Shown: positions 37,386 to 48,273, numbered from the stretch's first letter. The stretch is DNA of 64,000 nucleotides from an uncultured Spirochaetota bacterium (GCA_963734545.1 CAVTHO010000009.1:32001-96000), one strand, 5' to 3'. Notes: generated from the letters alone by a model not told the origin. Translations and numbers: made by a program.

Positions 37386-40300
37386 TCAACGAACGACAAG
37401 CTTTGCCAGTATCTGGCTTATCACGATCTCGGTTTCGCCCGCAAACCCCAGCAAAAGGTATGCTTCCTGACCTCTGAAGTTTGCCGGGAAGAGCAGCACC
37501 CGCTTCATATATCTCAGGTCATCAGGGTCGATTTTTACCCTGAGGAATGCGACATCAGCCGAGTTCTTGTTCACAGCGAAATATTTCCTGGGCGCGAAAA
37601 GGGACTTGAACGCGGGCTCCCCGGCGCTGAAAGCCAGGGTCCGCACCGTTCTTTCGCTCATCCCGACCGTCAGATCCAGTGCGTAGGTCTGCACTTTCTT
37701 GATGAACAGACCTGCGCTGACTGCCGAAACCCGGCGTGATAATTCAACGAGCGTCTTCATCTGCGTGGTGTGGGTAAAGGAGCGGGGATAGGACGAGAGA
37801 AACTCGTCGTAGTCCAGCCCGTTCCGCTTCAACCGTATCGGGCTTGCGGTCTCCGCCTGCGCGGGAGGGGCCTCTTCGGCAGCCGCCTGATCCCGCAGAA
37901 AATCATCAGAGAGATCGAGGGTATCCTCGGCGCTGATCAGGTCTCCTATGCCGCTCAATCCCGATTCCGCCTCGGCGGGCTGTCCGCCGGAGACTTCACT
38001 CAGCTCTCCCTCCATCTCGTGCTTGACGACTTCCTCCACGATCTGGCGCAGCTTCTCGTCATCGCGATTCTCGCTCGGCTTGTTTCCCGCCGTGTACACT
38101 TCTTCCTTGATACGGAAGAGACCGTCCTCCATGACGATGGCCGACTTGCCCTCTTCCAGAAAGCGCTGAAGCTCCTCCACCGTCCAGATCTTGATCGCGC
38201 CGGAGGCAAGAAGAGCATCAAGGGCCTGCGGGGTGTCGGCTGCCGATGGAACGACCGCGACCTCCTCGACGCTCTCCACCGCTTCTTCTTCAACGCTCTC
38301 CAGCTCTTCGAAATCCACGACTTCTTCGAATGCCAGCTCCGCCGGTTCAACGGGCGTGGGTCTTCCCCGTTCGGGCTCCACCAGGTCCTCGGCCTCCACG
38401 AGCACTTCCGGCTGAATCAGCGGCTCGGGCGGGGGTGCTTCGATCCGCGCGCGCTCTTCGTATTCCTCCGGCTCCACCGTGCGCGATTCAAGGGCCTCGA
38501 TGCGGCCCGATGCCATCGATCCATGCCCATGCGAATCATCGTGCCGCTCTTCGTCGACGACGGGAAGCAGCTCGAGTCCCTCCTCGACGGGCTCCGGGGG
38601 GAGCGGACGGACTTCCGGCAGAGGCTCCAGCTCTTCCAGCAATTCGCCCGACGTGTCGATGGCCTCCGCTTCGAGCGCGAGTGCGAGATCAGAGAACATA
38701 TCGACCGCTTCGCCGGGAACTCGTATCTCGACAAAATCGGTAACGGCGCCGCCCTTCTTCCTGGCCTCGGGTTTCTGGGGAGCTGAAACCGCGGCGACCT
38801 CCGCCTCGTCCTCCATCGGCTCGAGTTCCGCCGGCTCCTCCTCCAGCCCCTCGGGAACTGCCTGCGGCGGGGACAGCCTGCCGGAAGCATCCGACGCAGC
38901 TCCGGTCACGCTCCGCGCTTCGGCCGCGACACCCTCCGGCTCGGGCAGCGCTTCAGCCGGCTCGGCGGGTTCAGCTTCCGCAGTTTCCGCATCTTCGACC
39001 GTCTCGACTTCTTCGATGGTCTCATACTCTTCGACCGCGGCTGCTTCTTCGACAGGCGCGGCTTCTTCGGCCTCTTCGACCGCGGCAGCTTCTTCGACCG
39101 TTTCAGCTTCCTCGACTGCCTCGGCCTCTTCGACTACCTCGGCTTCTTCGACCGTCTCAGCCTCATCAATTGTTTCGACTTCCTCGACTGCCTCGGCCTC
39201 TTCGACCACCTCGGCTTCATCAATTGTTTCGGCTTCCTGGACTTCCTCGATCTCTTCCACCGCTTCAGCTTCTTCGACTTCTTCGGCCGCCGCGGATTGG
39301 CTGACCGCCGCGGGCGCCGGTTTGGCCCGTCTGGCCCCGGGCTCCGCGCTTTCGCTGACTTCCTCCGCCCTGATCTCCTCGACCTGCAGGGCGCGAGCGG
39401 GGGACACTTTCTGTTCGGGCAGAATGAAGTTCGCATTCTTGAGGGCTGCCTGGATCAACGACTCGAGGCGCGAAATGTCGATTGCTCCCGCCGCAGCAGC
39501 GGCAGGAGCTTCGGCGCGCCGGGACACCAGGTCGAGGATTTCGGACCAGCTCTTGGAAAGGTACTCGTCGATTATCGGCTTCTGTTTCTTCGACACGCGG
39601 CCGATTCCGCGCTGGATCTGCCAGGTGATCTCGTCCTTGCGCGACTCCATCTCACCTCGCCATTTGTTCCAGTCCGCGCCCCCGGGGCTTTCCACGAGCT
39701 CGGTGATCAACTGGATCTGGAAGCGCTTCACGCGCTGGCGCAGCACGTCGAGTGGATCGGTCCTGAGATTGAATATCAGATACAGGAAAAGGAAAACAGT
39801 GAGAAAAAACGTCGCGAGCAGCAGACCCTTCATGAGGTCCGCCATCTCGAAAAGCGAGCTCGGTTCCACGAGGCCGGCCATCCCGCCCGCGGCCAGGCGC
39901 TGGGAGAAGACGCGATAGGCGGCCTGCGGCCCGCCCTGGCTCGAAAGGGTAAGCGGCGCGGTAAATGAGGATGATCCGGGATTGCTGTTCCAGATCGCAA
40001 CGAGGTCATCCTCCACCGCCTTCGAGCCGGCGGGGTCGAAATTGATGAGGACGCCGGCACTTCCGACGAGCGCGACCTTCTCCACAGGAACGCCGGGGGT
40101 AACCGTCAATTCGCTGAGAAGCTTCTGCTGGGAAACGTAGAAAAGAAGCGTGCCGAACTGAGGGGGAGAATTCGCCTTTGCCGGCGCCTGCGCCGGCAGC
40201 GCGTAGACGAACCAGCCGTGCGGTCCGTCGATCAGGACCTTCGGCTTCTGATCCGGCGCGGCCGGAAACGCCGTCACGGGAATCGAGGTGTTGTCCTCGT

Positions 40301-40715
40301 TGTAATTCCGGTAGGAGACGCCTCCGGTGAGCTGCTGCTTGACGTCCATGTCGAGGAAGCTGCTGTAGAGTATCCGCTTGGCGTCCGCGCCGAGCAGCCT
40401 GACGCCGAAGAACCCGATCTGGCTCTTGGCGTCCGCCCACGCCTTGAGCGTGGGATCCGACAGGCGCAGGTCGAACGAGGCGGCGATGAAGTCCTTCTTT
40501 GCCGCGTTGGAGAATATCTCGAGATTTGCCTGGTGAAACCGGTCTATGCGGGAAACGAGCCGATCGAGATTGTCCTGATAGACCTGCTCGATCCTCGGCA
40601 GGAAGAAGCTCGTCTGAAGGACGTCGAAAAGCCCTGAGAAGCCGAGCACGGCGAAGCCGGCGAAGAGGAGAAGCGACGCGAGGAGACTGATTGCAATCTT
40701 GAGGCTCTGTCGCAT
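37386..40715 (-). CDS. Large membrane protein with extracytoplasmic domain and very acidic low-complexity cytoplasmic region
   Basis: TM - ~270 aa domain - TM - EEAEAV hexapeptide repeats - globular C-terminus; start uncertain (40715 or 40742). Confidence 0.8.
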   Translation of the reverse strand: MRQSLKIAISLLASLLLFAGFAVLGFSGLFDVLQTSFFLPRIEQVYQDNLDRLVSRIDRFHQANLEIFSNAAKKDFIAASFDLRLSDPTLKAWADAKSQIGFFGVRLLGADAKRILYSSFLDMDVKQQLTGGVSYRNYNEDNTSIPVTAFPAAPDQKPKVLIDGPHGWFVYALPAQAPAKANSPPQFGTLLFYVSQQKLLSELTVTPGVPVEKVALVGSAGVLINFDPAGSKAVEDDLVAIWNSNPGSSSFTAPLTLSSQGGPQAAYRVFSQRLAAGGMAGLVEPSSLFEMADLMKGLLLATFFLTVFLFLYLIFNLRTDPLDVLRQRVKRFQIQLITELVESPGGADWNKWRGEMESRKDEITWQIQRGIGRVSKKQKPIIDEYLSKSWSEILDLVSRRAEAPAAAAAGAIDISRLESLIQAALKNANFILPEQKVSPARALQVEEIRAEEVSESAEPGARRAKPAPAAVSQSAAAEEVEEAEAVEEIEEVQEAETIDEAEVVEEAEAVEEVETIDEAETVEEAEVVEEAEAVEEAETVEEAAAVEEAEEAAPVEEAAAVEEYETIEEVETVEDAETAEAEPAEPAEALPEPEGVAAEARSVTGAASDASGRLSPPQAVPEGLEEEPAELEPMEDEAEVAAVSAPQKPEARKKGGAVTDFVEIRVPGEAVDMFSDLALALEAEAIDTSGELLEELEPLPEVRPLPPEPVEEGLELLPVVDEERHDDSHGHGSMASGRIEALESRTVEPEEYEERARIEAPPPEPLIQPEVLVEAEDLVEPERGRPTPVEPAELAFEEVVDFEELESVEEEAVESVEEVAVVPSAADTPQALDALLASGAIKIWTVEELQRFLEEGKSAIVMEDGLFRIKEEVYTAGNKPSENRDDEKLRQIVEEVVKHEMEGELSEVSGGQPAEAESGLSGIGDLISAEDTLDLSDDFLRDQAAAEEAPPAQAETASPIRLKRNGLDYDEFLSSYPRSFTHTTQMKTLVELSRRVSAVSAGLFIKKVQTYALDLTVGMSERTVRTLAFSAGEPAFKSLFAPRKYFAVNKNSADVAFLRVKIDPDDLRYMKRVLLFPANFRGQEAYLLLGFAGETEIVISQILAKLVVR

Positions 40716-40797
40716 GAGAAAACGATGTACCTTCTCACCCAAATATCGGCGTGAAAGGCCCTGCGGCCGAGGCTATTTTCCACTGCCGGACAGGCCG

Positions 40798-40867
40798 CAG
40801 CTCACGCCCGGCACGGGTGCACGCCCCTGCGCTCAGCTCACCCCCGGCGCGGGTTCACGCCGGGGGT
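40798..40867. repeat. Two imperfect direct repeats (period 36); the second forms a GC hairpin just after the rplQ stop
   Basis: CAGCTCACNCCCGGCNCGGGTNCACGCC at 40798 and 40834; ACCCCCGGCG...CGCCGGGGGT. Confidence 0.65.
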
Positions 40868-40871
40868 CGCG

Positions 40872-41285
40872 TCAGCCTTCCTTCGCGGCTTCCTGGGCTT
40901 CCTTCTTCTTCCGCTTGCGCTCCCTTTCCTTCCTGTCGAGAAGCTCGAGGATGACGATTTCGGAGGCGTCCCCGAATCGTCTCCCCATCTTCAGTATGCG
41001 GGTATATCCGCCCGGTCTCTGCGCATACCGGGGGGCGATTTCCGTGAAGAGCTTGTTGAGAATCCGGCCATCGTCGATCGATTTCGCGGCAATCCGTCTG
41101 TTGTGCACGGAATCGACCTTCGCGCGCGTGATGAGCTTTTCCGCCAGCCGGCGGGCGACCTTCGCCTTGGCAACGGTGGTGCGGATCCGCTCGTATCTGA
41201 ACAGGGCTTTCGCCTGGGCTTTCAGAAGGGCCTTGCGGTGGGCCGAAGTCCGGCCCAGCTTGTTGATGCTACTCCGATGATCCAT
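40872..41285 (-). CDS. rplQ: 50S ribosomal protein L17
   Basis: KLGRTSAHRKAL, RPGGYTRI. Confidence 0.95.
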   Translation of the reverse strand: MDHRSSINKLGRTSAHRKALLKAQAKALFRYERIRTTVAKAKVARRLAEKLITRAKVDSVHNRRIAAKSIDDGRILNKLFTEIAPRYAQRPGGYTRILKMGRRFGDASEIVILELLDRKERERKRKKKEAQEAAKEG

Positions 41286-42393
41286 TGCCTTCCTTCCCTT
41301 CGCCCTTCTCCGCGTGCCCGACCGCCACGCCGGCAATCGATCCGGCGGCGGCGATCTCTCCGGCAAGCTGCTTCTTGAGCTGCTTCTTCAAGGCGGAGTA
41401 GTCCTTCATACCGAGGTCCAGCCCGCGCGCCTGAAGCTTGTCCCTGATCTCCTGAAGGCTCTTCTTGCCGAAATTCCGTGTCTTGGTGATCTCTTCCTCG
41501 GTCTTCTTCGTGAGGTCGCCGATCGTGCGGATATTGGCGTTCCGCAGACAGTTGCTGGATCGCACCGAGAGCTCCAACTCCTCCACCGGGGTGTCGAGCA
41601 GGGCGCGAATGCGCTCCTCGTCCTCGTCCACCTCGTCGTCTCCTCCCGCCTCCGCCTCGTCGAAGTTGATGAAGATCGTGAAATGGTCCTTGGCGATCTT
41701 CGCCGCCTCCGCAAGCGCGTCATCCGGAGTGATCGTACCGTCGGTCCAGATCTCCAGAAGGAGCTTGTCATAATCGGTACGCTGCCCCACCCGGGTATTC
41801 TCGACGCTGTACTTCACCTTCTGGATGGGAGAGAAGATCGCGTCGATGGGAATGGTCCCGATGACTTCGATATACTTCTCGTTGCGTTCCGCCGGCACGT
41901 ATCCGCGGCCCAGGTTGATCTGGACCTCGAACTCGATGTTGGCCTTTTCCATCAGGGTGGCGATGGGGAAGTCGCCGTTGATGACTTCCACGTCGTTGTC
42001 CACCGCCAGGTCGCGCGCGGTGAGGACCCTGCCCCCCTTGGCCTCGAGCACGATCGTTTTCTCCTCAAGGTCGCCCGAAAGACGGAGCTGCACCTGCTTG
42101 AGGTTGTTGATGAAGTCGGGAGTGTCCTCCACGACCTCGGGGATCGGCTCATACTCGCTGGCGATGATATGCGGCGACCCGTCGTCCTTGTAGGTCGTGA
42201 TCTTGACGGCGGTCACGGCATACCCCTGTATCGAGGAGAGGAGGATCCGGCGCAGCGTATTGCCGATCGTGATGCCATATCCTCTTTCGAACGGATAGGC
42301 CACGAACCGACCGTAGTTGGCCTCCACCTCGCTGTGCTCGAAGGTGATGCCCTTGGGCTTCTTGAAGCCCTTCAGCAGGTTCTTGCGGACCAT
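41269..42393 (-). CDS. rpoA: RNA polymerase alpha subunit
   Basis: PFERGYGITIGNTLRRILLSS, ELSVRSSNCL, RNFGKKSL. Confidence 0.97.
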   Translation of the reverse strand: MVRKNLLKGFKKPKGITFEHSEVEANYGRFVAYPFERGYGITIGNTLRRILLSSIQGYAVTAVKITTYKDDGSPHIIASEYEPIPEVVEDTPDFINNLKQVQLRLSGDLEEKTIVLEAKGGRVLTARDLAVDNDVEVINGDFPIATLMEKANIEFEVQINLGRGYVPAERNEKYIEVIGTIPIDAIFSPIQKVKYSVENTRVGQRTDYDKLLLEIWTDGTITPDDALAEAAKIAKDHFTIFINFDEAEAGGDDEVDEDEERIRALLDTPVEELELSVRSSNCLRNANIRTIGDLTKKTEEEITKTRNFGKKSLQEIRDKLQARGLDLGMKDYSALKKQLKKQLAGEIAAAGSIAGVAVGHAEKGEGKEGNGSSE

Positions 42394-42403
42394 AAGGGAC
42401 ACC

Positions 42404-43039
42404 TCACTTTGAATACAGCTCGACGATCAGCTGCTCTTTGATGTCCGCGAGATCGGTGATCTCGCTTCTCCGCGGGATGGCGCGCACCTTGCCGACCATC
42501 CTGTCCGGGTCGATTTCCAGCCAGGATACGATCCCCGACTTCGAGTAGTCCTTGAGACTCTCCTTGATCGCCGTGAGCTTGGTGCTCTTCTCCCGCACGG
42601 AGATTTCGTCATTCTCCTTCACCATCTGCGAGGGAATGGAGGCGCCGCGGCCGTTGATCGCGATGTGTCCATGCAGAACCAGCTGCCGGGCGGACTTGCG
42701 CGAGGGGGCCAGGTGCATGCGGTAGACGACATTGTCCAGCCTGCGTTCGAGCATCTGGATGAGATTCTCGCCCGTGATGCCCTTCCGGCGTACCGCCTTG
42801 CCGAAAAACAGGCGGAACTGGCCTTCGAACATCCCGTACATTCTCTTCAGCTTCTGCTTCTCGTGCAGCTGCACCCCGTAATCAGAGATTTTCTTGGTGC
42901 GGCTGCGCGGGCCCTTGCCCGGGGCGCCCTTCTTCCGGGTGACGGGGCATTTGGGCCCCTTGCACCTGTCTCCCTTGAGATAAAGCTTGTACCCATGGCT
43001 TCTGCACAGCCTGCACTGGGGACCGATATTCCTTCCCAC
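42404..43039 (-). CDS. rpsD: 30S ribosomal protein S4 (Cys-containing type)
   Basis: CRLCR...KGDRC...KC, LERRLDNVVYR, IVELYSK. Confidence 0.97.
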   Translation of the reverse strand: MGRNIGPQCRLCRSHGYKLYLKGDRCKGPKCPVTRKKGAPGKGPRSRTKKISDYGVQLHEKQKLKRMYGMFEGQFRLFFGKAVRRKGITGENLIQMLERRLDNVVYRMHLAPSRKSARQLVLHGHIAINGRGASIPSQMVKENDEISVREKSTKLTAIKESLKDYSKSGIVSWLEIDPDRMVGKVRAIPRRSEITDLADIKEQLIVELYSK

Positions 43040-43051
43040 TGTCTGCCCTCC

Positions 43052-43435
43052 CTACACGCGCCGCTTTTTCGGAGGCCGGCACCCGTTGTGCGGGATCGGG
43101 GTGATGTCCTTGATGGAGCGCACCCTGATGCCCAGGACTCCGAAAGCACGAATGGCCGCCTCGCTGCCGACGCCGGGCCCCCTCACGAAAACAACCAGCT
43201 CGTGCAGCCCCTGCTCCATCGCCTTGCTGGCCGCGGACTCCGCCGTCGTCTGGGCGGCGAACGGCGTCGATTTCTTGGCTCCCTTGAACCCGAGGGCCCC
43301 CGCGGAAGCCCAGGATATCGTGTTCCCCATGAGATCGGTGATGGTCACGATGGTATTGTTGAAGGTGGCCTGAATGAATGCCTTGCCTTCCGCTATATTC
43401 TTCTTTTTGTCTTTCTTGCCCTTGGTCTTTGCCAA
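43052..43435 (-). CDS. rpsK: 30S ribosomal protein S11 (TTG start)
   Basis: [33 protein letters not shown]; GGAGG SD. Confidence 0.96.
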   Translation of the reverse strand: MAKTKGKKDKKKNIAEGKAFIQATFNNTIVTITDLMGNTISWASAGALGFKGAKKSTPFAAQTTAESAASKAMEQGLHELVVFVRGPGVGSEAAIRAFGVLGIRVRSIKDITPIPHNGCRPPKKRRV

Positions 43436-43477
43436 AGCTTGGTCCTCCGTTTCGTCCGGCTCTCCCGAACGCGTATG

Positions 43478-43560
43478 CCGACGCGCGGTACGGCGTACTC
43501 GCCGAGCGGGTACACACGCACTCCGCGCATTTGCCCGACGCGCGGTGCACCCCGCGCGCG
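43478..43560. repeat. TACN-hairpin family: loop-expanded unit plus simple unit between rpsM and rpsK
   Basis: CCGACGCGCGGT at 43478 and 43535 (57 = 27+30). Confidence 0.85.
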
Positions 43561-43566
43561 TGTGCT

Positions 43567-43935
43567 CTACTTCTTCCTCTTCCCTGCCACCGTCTTGCGC
43601 TTGCCCTTGCGGGTGCGCGCGTTCGTCTTTGTCCGCTGGCCGCGCACAGGCAGCCCCCTGCGGTGACGGATTCCCCGATAGCATCCAATGTCCATGAGCC
43701 GCTTGATGTTGAGCGAGACCTCCGTGCGCAGACGCCCTTCCACTCGGAAATCACTCTCGATCACGGTCCGCAGCTTGTTCACTTCGTCAGCCGTAAGATC
43801 GTTGATGCGCTTTTCCGGATCGACACCGGTGGTCGCGCAGATCTTCCGTGCCGACGTGCCGCCGATCCCGAAAATGTAGGTCAGGGCGACGTCCACATGT
43901 TTGTTGGGAAGATCTACGCCCGCAATACGTGCCAT
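43567..43935 (-). CDS. rpsM: 30S ribosomal protein S13
   Basis: [27 protein letters not shown]. Confidence 0.97.
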   Translation of the reverse strand: MARIAGVDLPNKHVDVALTYIFGIGGTSARKICATTGVDPEKRINDLTADEVNKLRTVIESDFRVEGRLRTEVSLNIKRLMDIGCYRGIRHRRGLPVRGQRTKTNARTRKGKRKTVAGKRKK

Positions 43936-43998
43936 TCCTTCCTCCTCCTAAAATGCGCCTGGCATTTGCCGCGCTCGCGCGGCATGCCAGTCGCTGCC

Positions 43999-44112
43999 CT
44001 ACCGCTGGCGCTGCTTGTGCTTGGGGTTCGTGCAGATAATACGCACCACGCCCCTGCGCCTTATCACTTTGCACTTGTCACAAATAGGCTTCACGCTCAC
44101 GCGCACCTTCAT
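43999..44112 (-). CDS. rpmJ: 50S ribosomal protein L36 (Zn-ribbon type)
   Basis: [37 protein letters not shown]. Confidence 0.96.
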   Translation of the reverse strand: MKVRVSVKPICDKCKVIRRRGVVRIICTNPKHKQRQR

Positions 44113-44156
44113 ACATCTGCCTCCACTGCCCGGGCTCTCCGCTCTCCTGCCTCGTC

Positions 44157-45476
44157 TCATAGGTTGCGGGAGCGGATCTTGCCGCGTTTCACGATTCCAT
44201 CGTGATGATGCATTCTCAAATAACCTTCGATCTGCGACATCGTGTCCAGGTCGACGCCCACCAGGATCAGCAGCGAGGTACCTCCCATGAGGTAGGCTAC
44301 CGATGAGGGAAAGCTGAACAGGCTCTGCACAAGGGACGGAATGATCGCGATGAACGCGAGGAAAAGTGACCCGGGCAGGATGATGCGGTAGAGGATGCGG
44401 GAGAGATACTCCTCCATCTTCTCGCTCCTGATTCCCGGAATGGACCCGCCGTTCTCGCGGATGTTCTTGGAGATCTCCACGGGGTTCAGTGTGACCTGCG
44501 TGTAGAAGTACGCGAAGAAAATGATGAGCAGGGCATAGGCAACCTCGTAGGCGAATCCGTTGGGCCGCAGCCACGCGGCCAGCCGGGAAAGCCACTCGAT
44601 GCGGGAGCCGAGGCTCTGCGCGATCTGCACCGGAAACAGGAGCACCGAGGAGGCGAAGATGACCGGGATGACGCCCGAGGGATTCACCTTGAAGGGCAGG
44701 TAGGTGTTCTGCGCGCCGTACATCCTGCGGCCGATGACCCGCTTGGCGTAGTGCACGGGGATCTTGCGCTGACCCTGCTGCTCCATGATGACCAGGCCGA
44801 TCACGACGACCCAGAGCGCGAGAACGATGAGCACGAACACCGGGTTCAGCGTGCGCTGCTGGATCATCAGGATGAGCGTCCAGAACGCTCCGGGAATCCT
44901 CGCCACGATGCCGGCGAAAATGATCATCGAGATGCCGTTGCCGATGCCGCGCCGGGTGATCTGGTCTCCCAGCCACATGAGGAACATCGTGCCGGTGGTG
45001 ATCGTCAGCATGGCGAGCAGGGCGAAGGGGAGCCGTCCGATCATGATGGCATCAGGAATACTGTTGGCGTAGACGGTGACCGTGTAGGACTGGATGAGGG
45101 CCACGAGGACGGTGCCGTAGCGCGTCCAGCGGTTGATCTTCTTCTTCCCGCCTTCTTCCTCCTGGATCTTCTTCAGCCGGGGGAACACGATCGTGACGAG
45201 CTGCATGATGATCGACATCGAGATGTAGGGCATGATCGTGAGCATGAAAATGGAGAAGTTCTTGAACGCGCCCCCCGCGAAGAAGTCGAGGAAATCCTCT
45301 ATACCCAGCGCTCCGGCGGTGCCTTGCGCGGCAAAATGGAGCTTCAGCGCGGCAATGTTGATGCCGGGCACCGGGAGGATGGTCCCCATCCGGTAGATCA
45401 CGAGGATGCCGATCGTGAAGAGGATCCGATCCCTGAGTTCCTTGACCCTGAAAATGTCGACCAGCGGGTTTGCCAT
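44157..45476 (-). CDS. secY: Preprotein translocase SecY
   Basis: [32 protein letters not shown]. Confidence 0.97.
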   Translation of the reverse strand: MANPLVDIFRVKELRDRILFTIGILVIYRMGTILPVPGINIAALKLHFAAQGTAGALGIEDFLDFFAGGAFKNFSIFMLTIMPYISMSIIMQLVTIVFPRLKKIQEEEGGKKKINRWTRYGTVLVALIQSYTVTVYANSIPDAIMIGRLPFALLAMLTITTGTMFLMWLGDQITRRGIGNGISMIIFAGIVARIPGAFWTLILMIQQRTLNPVFVLIVLALWVVVIGLVIMEQQGQRKIPVHYAKRVIGRRMYGAQNTYLPFKVNPSGVIPVIFASSVLLFPVQIAQSLGSRIEWLSRLAAWLRPNGFAYEVAYALLIIFFAYFYTQVTLNPVEISKNIRENGGSIPGIRSEKMEEYLSRILYRIILPGSLFLAFIAIIPSLVQSLFSFPSSVAYLMGGTSLLILVGVDLDTMSQIEGYLRMHHHDGIVKRGKIRSRNL

Positions 45477-45961
45477 CACTTCGCCTCGGCTGCACCCTTG
45501 GCGTCGGCCGGGGCGGTTGCGCTGACTTCCTTCACCACGCCGCCCATTGCGGCGATCTTCTCACGTGCGGAGGCCGACACCTGCACGCCCTGCACCGTGA
45601 GCTTCCGGGTGAGCTCGCCCGAGCCGAGAATCTTCACGAGAACGCCTCTCTTCTTTGCCAGCCCCCTGGCGGCAAGGCTCTCCGGCGTGACGGCATCCCC
45701 GTCCGCGAAGCGATTGAGGTCGGATACGTTGATGACCTGGAATATCTTCTTGAAAGGGTAGTTGGAAAAGCCGCGGCGCGCGATGCGCCTGAAGAGCGGC
45801 ATCTGCCCTCCCTCGAAGCCGAGACGGACCCCGCCGCCCGCGCGGGCCTTCTGGCCTTTCGTGCCTTTGCCGGCGGTCTTTCCATGGCCGGAACCGACCC
45901 CCCGGCCGAGCCTCTTGTTCTTCTTCTGGCCTTTCGGCGCGCGGATATTGAAGCCTTCCAT
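45476..45961 (-). CDS. rplO: 50S ribosomal protein L15
   Basis: GRGVGSGHGKTAGKG, FEGGQMPL. Confidence 0.97.
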   Translation of the reverse strand: MEGFNIRAPKGQKKNKRLGRGVGSGHGKTAGKGTKGQKARAGGGVRLGFEGGQMPLFRRIARRGFSNYPFKKIFQVINVSDLNRFADGDAVTPESLAARGLAKKRGVLVKILGSGELTRKLTVQGVQVSASAREKIAAMGGVVKEVSATAPADAKGAAEAK

Positions 45962-45963
45962 AA

Positions 45964-46161
45964 CTAGCTGATCTCCTCCACCTCGAGCAGATAGGAAACT
46001 GCGCGCACCATCCCGAGGATGGCCGGCGACGCGTCATGCTCGACGACGGCATTGAGTCTTCGAAGGCCCAGCGCCTTCACGGTTGCCCGGTGTGCCGGCA
46101 CGCAGCTGATCGGGCTGCGCACGAGCTTGATCTTCAGTTTCTTTCCCGCCATGGCGCTCAT
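45964..46161 (-). CDS. rpmD: 50S ribosomal protein L30
   Basis: [10 protein letters not shown]...LGLRR...ILGM. Confidence 0.93.
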   Translation of the reverse strand: MSAMAGKKLKIKLVRSPISCVPAHRATVKALGLRRLNAVVEHDASPAILGMVRAVSYLLEVEEIS

Positions 46162-46667
46162 CCCCACATGTCCTTCAGCGTTCTGCCCCGGTGCGCGGCG
46201 ATCTCCCGCGGGTCCATGAGCGAGTCCAACCCCTGGAAAACGGCCTTCACCGTGTTGATCGCGTTCGATGAGCCGAGTGACTTGGACAGGACGTCGTGTA
46301 TTCCCGCCGCCTCCATGACGGCGCGCACGGGGCCGCCGGCAATGACGCCGGTTCCCGGCGCCGCGGGCTTCAGGAGCACCTGGGCGCTCTTGAACTTGCC
46401 GAGGACCTGGTGCGGAAGCGTCGTCTTCTTGATGGGAACACGCACCATGCTCCTCTTGGCCTTCTCGATGCTCTTGCGAATGGCATCCGCGACGTCATTC
46501 GCCTTTCCGAACCCGTAGCCCACGCGGCCGGCGCGGTCACCCACTACGGTCAGCGCGGAGAAAGAAAAACGTCGACCGCCCTTGACGACCTTCGCGACCC
46601 GGTTAAGCTTGACGAGTTTCTCGAGAAACTCGCCCTGGTTCCTGTCCCTGTCCTGATCCATTGCCAC
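46158..46667 (-). CDS. rpsE: 30S ribosomal protein S5
   Basis: [23 protein letters not shown]. Confidence 0.97.
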   Translation of the reverse strand: MAMDQDRDRNQGEFLEKLVKLNRVAKVVKGGRRFSFSALTVVGDRAGRVGYGFGKANDVADAIRKSIEKAKRSMVRVPIKKTTLPHQVLGKFKSAQVLLKPAAPGTGVIAGGPVRAVMEAAGIHDVLSKSLGSSNAINTVKAVFQGLDSLMDPREIAAHRGRTLKDMWG

Positions 46668-46687
46668 TTGCAGCTCTCCTCATCCTC

Positions 46688-46742
46688 GAACGGGTACGGC
46701 CTTCGGGCCGAGCGCGTACTCGCGCACTCCCGTTGTCCGCGT
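46688..46742. repeat. TACN-hairpin family: second-level expanded module between rplR and rpsE
   Basis: ACGGG-TAC-[GGCC TTCG GGCC]-GA-[GCGCG TACT CGCGC]-ACT-CCCGT. Confidence 0.85.
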
Positions 46743-46749
46743 CACTCTT

Positions 46750-47109
46750 CTATAAGCTGATGCCGGCCTTGCGTGCGCCGTCCGCAATCGCCTTTATCTT
46801 GCCGTGATAGCGGTAGCCGTTCCTGTCGAAGACGACCGCCGCGATGTTCTTGGCCTTGAGCCTCTCCCCGATGAGCAGCCCGAGCTTCTCCATTTCCGCG
46901 ACCTTGTTGGCGATGCTCCGATGCTCCTTCTCCAGATTCGAGGCGGTGGCCAGCGTGGCTCCCGCGGCATCGTCGATGGCCTGCACGTAGGTGTAGCGGT
47001 TCGACTTGTACACGGTGAGCCGGGGCCGCTCGGGAGTGCCCTGGATCTTCTTGCGGATGCTCGCCTTTCTCTTCAGACGCTTGCGCGACTTGTCGATGAT
47101 CTTCTTCAC
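46750..47109 (-). CDS. rplR: 50S ribosomal protein L18
   Basis: RPRLTVYKSN, VFDRNGYRYHG. Confidence 0.96.
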   Translation of the reverse strand: MKKIIDKSRKRLKRKASIRKKIQGTPERPRLTVYKSNRYTYVQAIDDAAGATLATASNLEKEHRSIANKVAEMEKLGLLIGERLKAKNIAAVVFDRNGYRYHGKIKAIADGARKAGISL

Positions 47110-47121
47110 CGCTTCATTCTC

Positions 47122-47661
47122 CTACTTGATCCCCGATTTGCCGACCTTGCGGCGCACGTACTCGTTCTCGTACTTGATGCCCTTGCCCTTGTACGGCTCC
47201 ACGGGCCGGAACGAACGGATCTCGGAGGCGATCTGCCCCACCTGCTGTCGATCCGCGCCTTTCACCGTCACCTTGGTGTTCGCCTCGACTTCCATGGTGA
47301 TTCCCGGGGGGATCGGGTACTCGATGGGCGTCGAATAGCCGAGGTTCAGGACCAGGGCCTTGTTCTTTATTTCAGCCTTGTACCCCACCCCGGTGATGAC
47401 GAGTATCTTCGAGAAGCCGTCCGAGAGCCCGATGAGGGTGTTCTTTATCAGGTTGCGGTACAGACCATGGAGGCTCTTCGCCTTCCGCGAATCGTCCGCG
47501 CGCGCAACGACCACCGAATCTCCTTCGATCTTCACCGACACCTCAGGCGCGTACTCCTGGTCGACCTTGCCCTTGGAGCTCTCCAGGAGCACGTGGCCAT
47601 CCTGCACGGAGACCTTGACCCCTTTGGGTATCTTGACCGGTAAACGTCCGATTCGCGACAC
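47122..47661 (-). CDS. rplF: 50S ribosomal protein L6
   Basis: MSRIG, EPYKGKGI. Confidence 0.97.
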   Translation of the reverse strand: MSRIGRLPVKIPKGVKVSVQDGHVLLESSKGKVDQEYAPEVSVKIEGDSVVVARADDSRKAKSLHGLYRNLIKNTLIGLSDGFSKILVITGVGYKAEIKNKALVLNLGYSTPIEYPIPPGITMEVEANTKVTVKGADRQQVGQIASEIRSFRPVEPYKGKGIKYENEYVRRKVGKSGIK

Positions 47662-47676
47662 TCGCGTTCTCCTTGC

Positions 47677-48075
47677 CTACCAAATAGTGCAGAGCAGCTC
47701 TCCGCCGGCCTTCTTCTCCAGGGCCTTCTTGCCCGTCGTGACGCCGAGGGAGGTGGTGACGATGAGCGTCCCGAATCCGTTCAGCACCCGGGGAAGGGTC
47801 TTGTAGCCTGCGTACATCCTTCGTCCCGGCGTGGAGATCCGCTTCAAGCCGTGAATGACCGGCTCGTTCTGCCCATCGTACTTCAGGAAAATCCTGATGA
47901 GGTTGCGGCCGTCCTGCGTCACCTTCTTGAAGGTTTTGACGTAGCCCTCATTCTTCAGGATTTTCGTGATCTCAAGCTTCAATTTCGAGGTGGGAATGTC
48001 CACACTCTCGAATCGCGCGCTGCTCGCGTTTCTGACTTTCGTCAGCATATCTGCAACGGGGTCTGACACACTCAT
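47677..48075 (-). CDS. rpsH: 30S ribosomal protein S8
   Basis: [20 protein letters not shown]. Confidence 0.97.
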   Translation of the reverse strand: MSVSDPVADMLTKVRNASSARFESVDIPTSKLKLEITKILKNEGYVKTFKKVTQDGRNLIRIFLKYDGQNEPVIHGLKRISTPGRRMYAGYKTLPRVLNGFGTLIVTTSLGVTTGKKALEKKAGGELLCTIW

Positions 48076-48087
48076 GTCGTGGCTCCC

Positions 48088-48273
48088 TCACCAACTCGAT
48101 TTCGTGACGCCAGGAAGCTTTCCCTGGCTGGCCAGCATGCGGAAACAGATTCGGCACAGTCTGAACTTCCTCATGTAGCCCCTCTGCCGCCCGCAGACAT
48201 TGCATCGATGCGTCCGGCGCGACATGTATTTCTGAGTCGCGTTGGTTTTCTCTATCGCCGCTTTTCTTGCCAT
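48088..48273 (-). CDS. rpsZ: 30S ribosomal protein S14, Zn-binding (type Z)
   Basis: 61 aa, CNVC...[13 protein letters not shown]. Confidence 0.95.
   Translation of the reverse strand: MARKAAIEKTNATQKYMSRRTHRCNVCGRQRGYMRKFRLCRICFRMLASQGKLPGVTKSSW

Noticed and set aside
44113-44156. Absence of adk, map and infA between secY and rpmJ
   Set aside because: Common arrangement in spirochaetes and other phyla; not informative.
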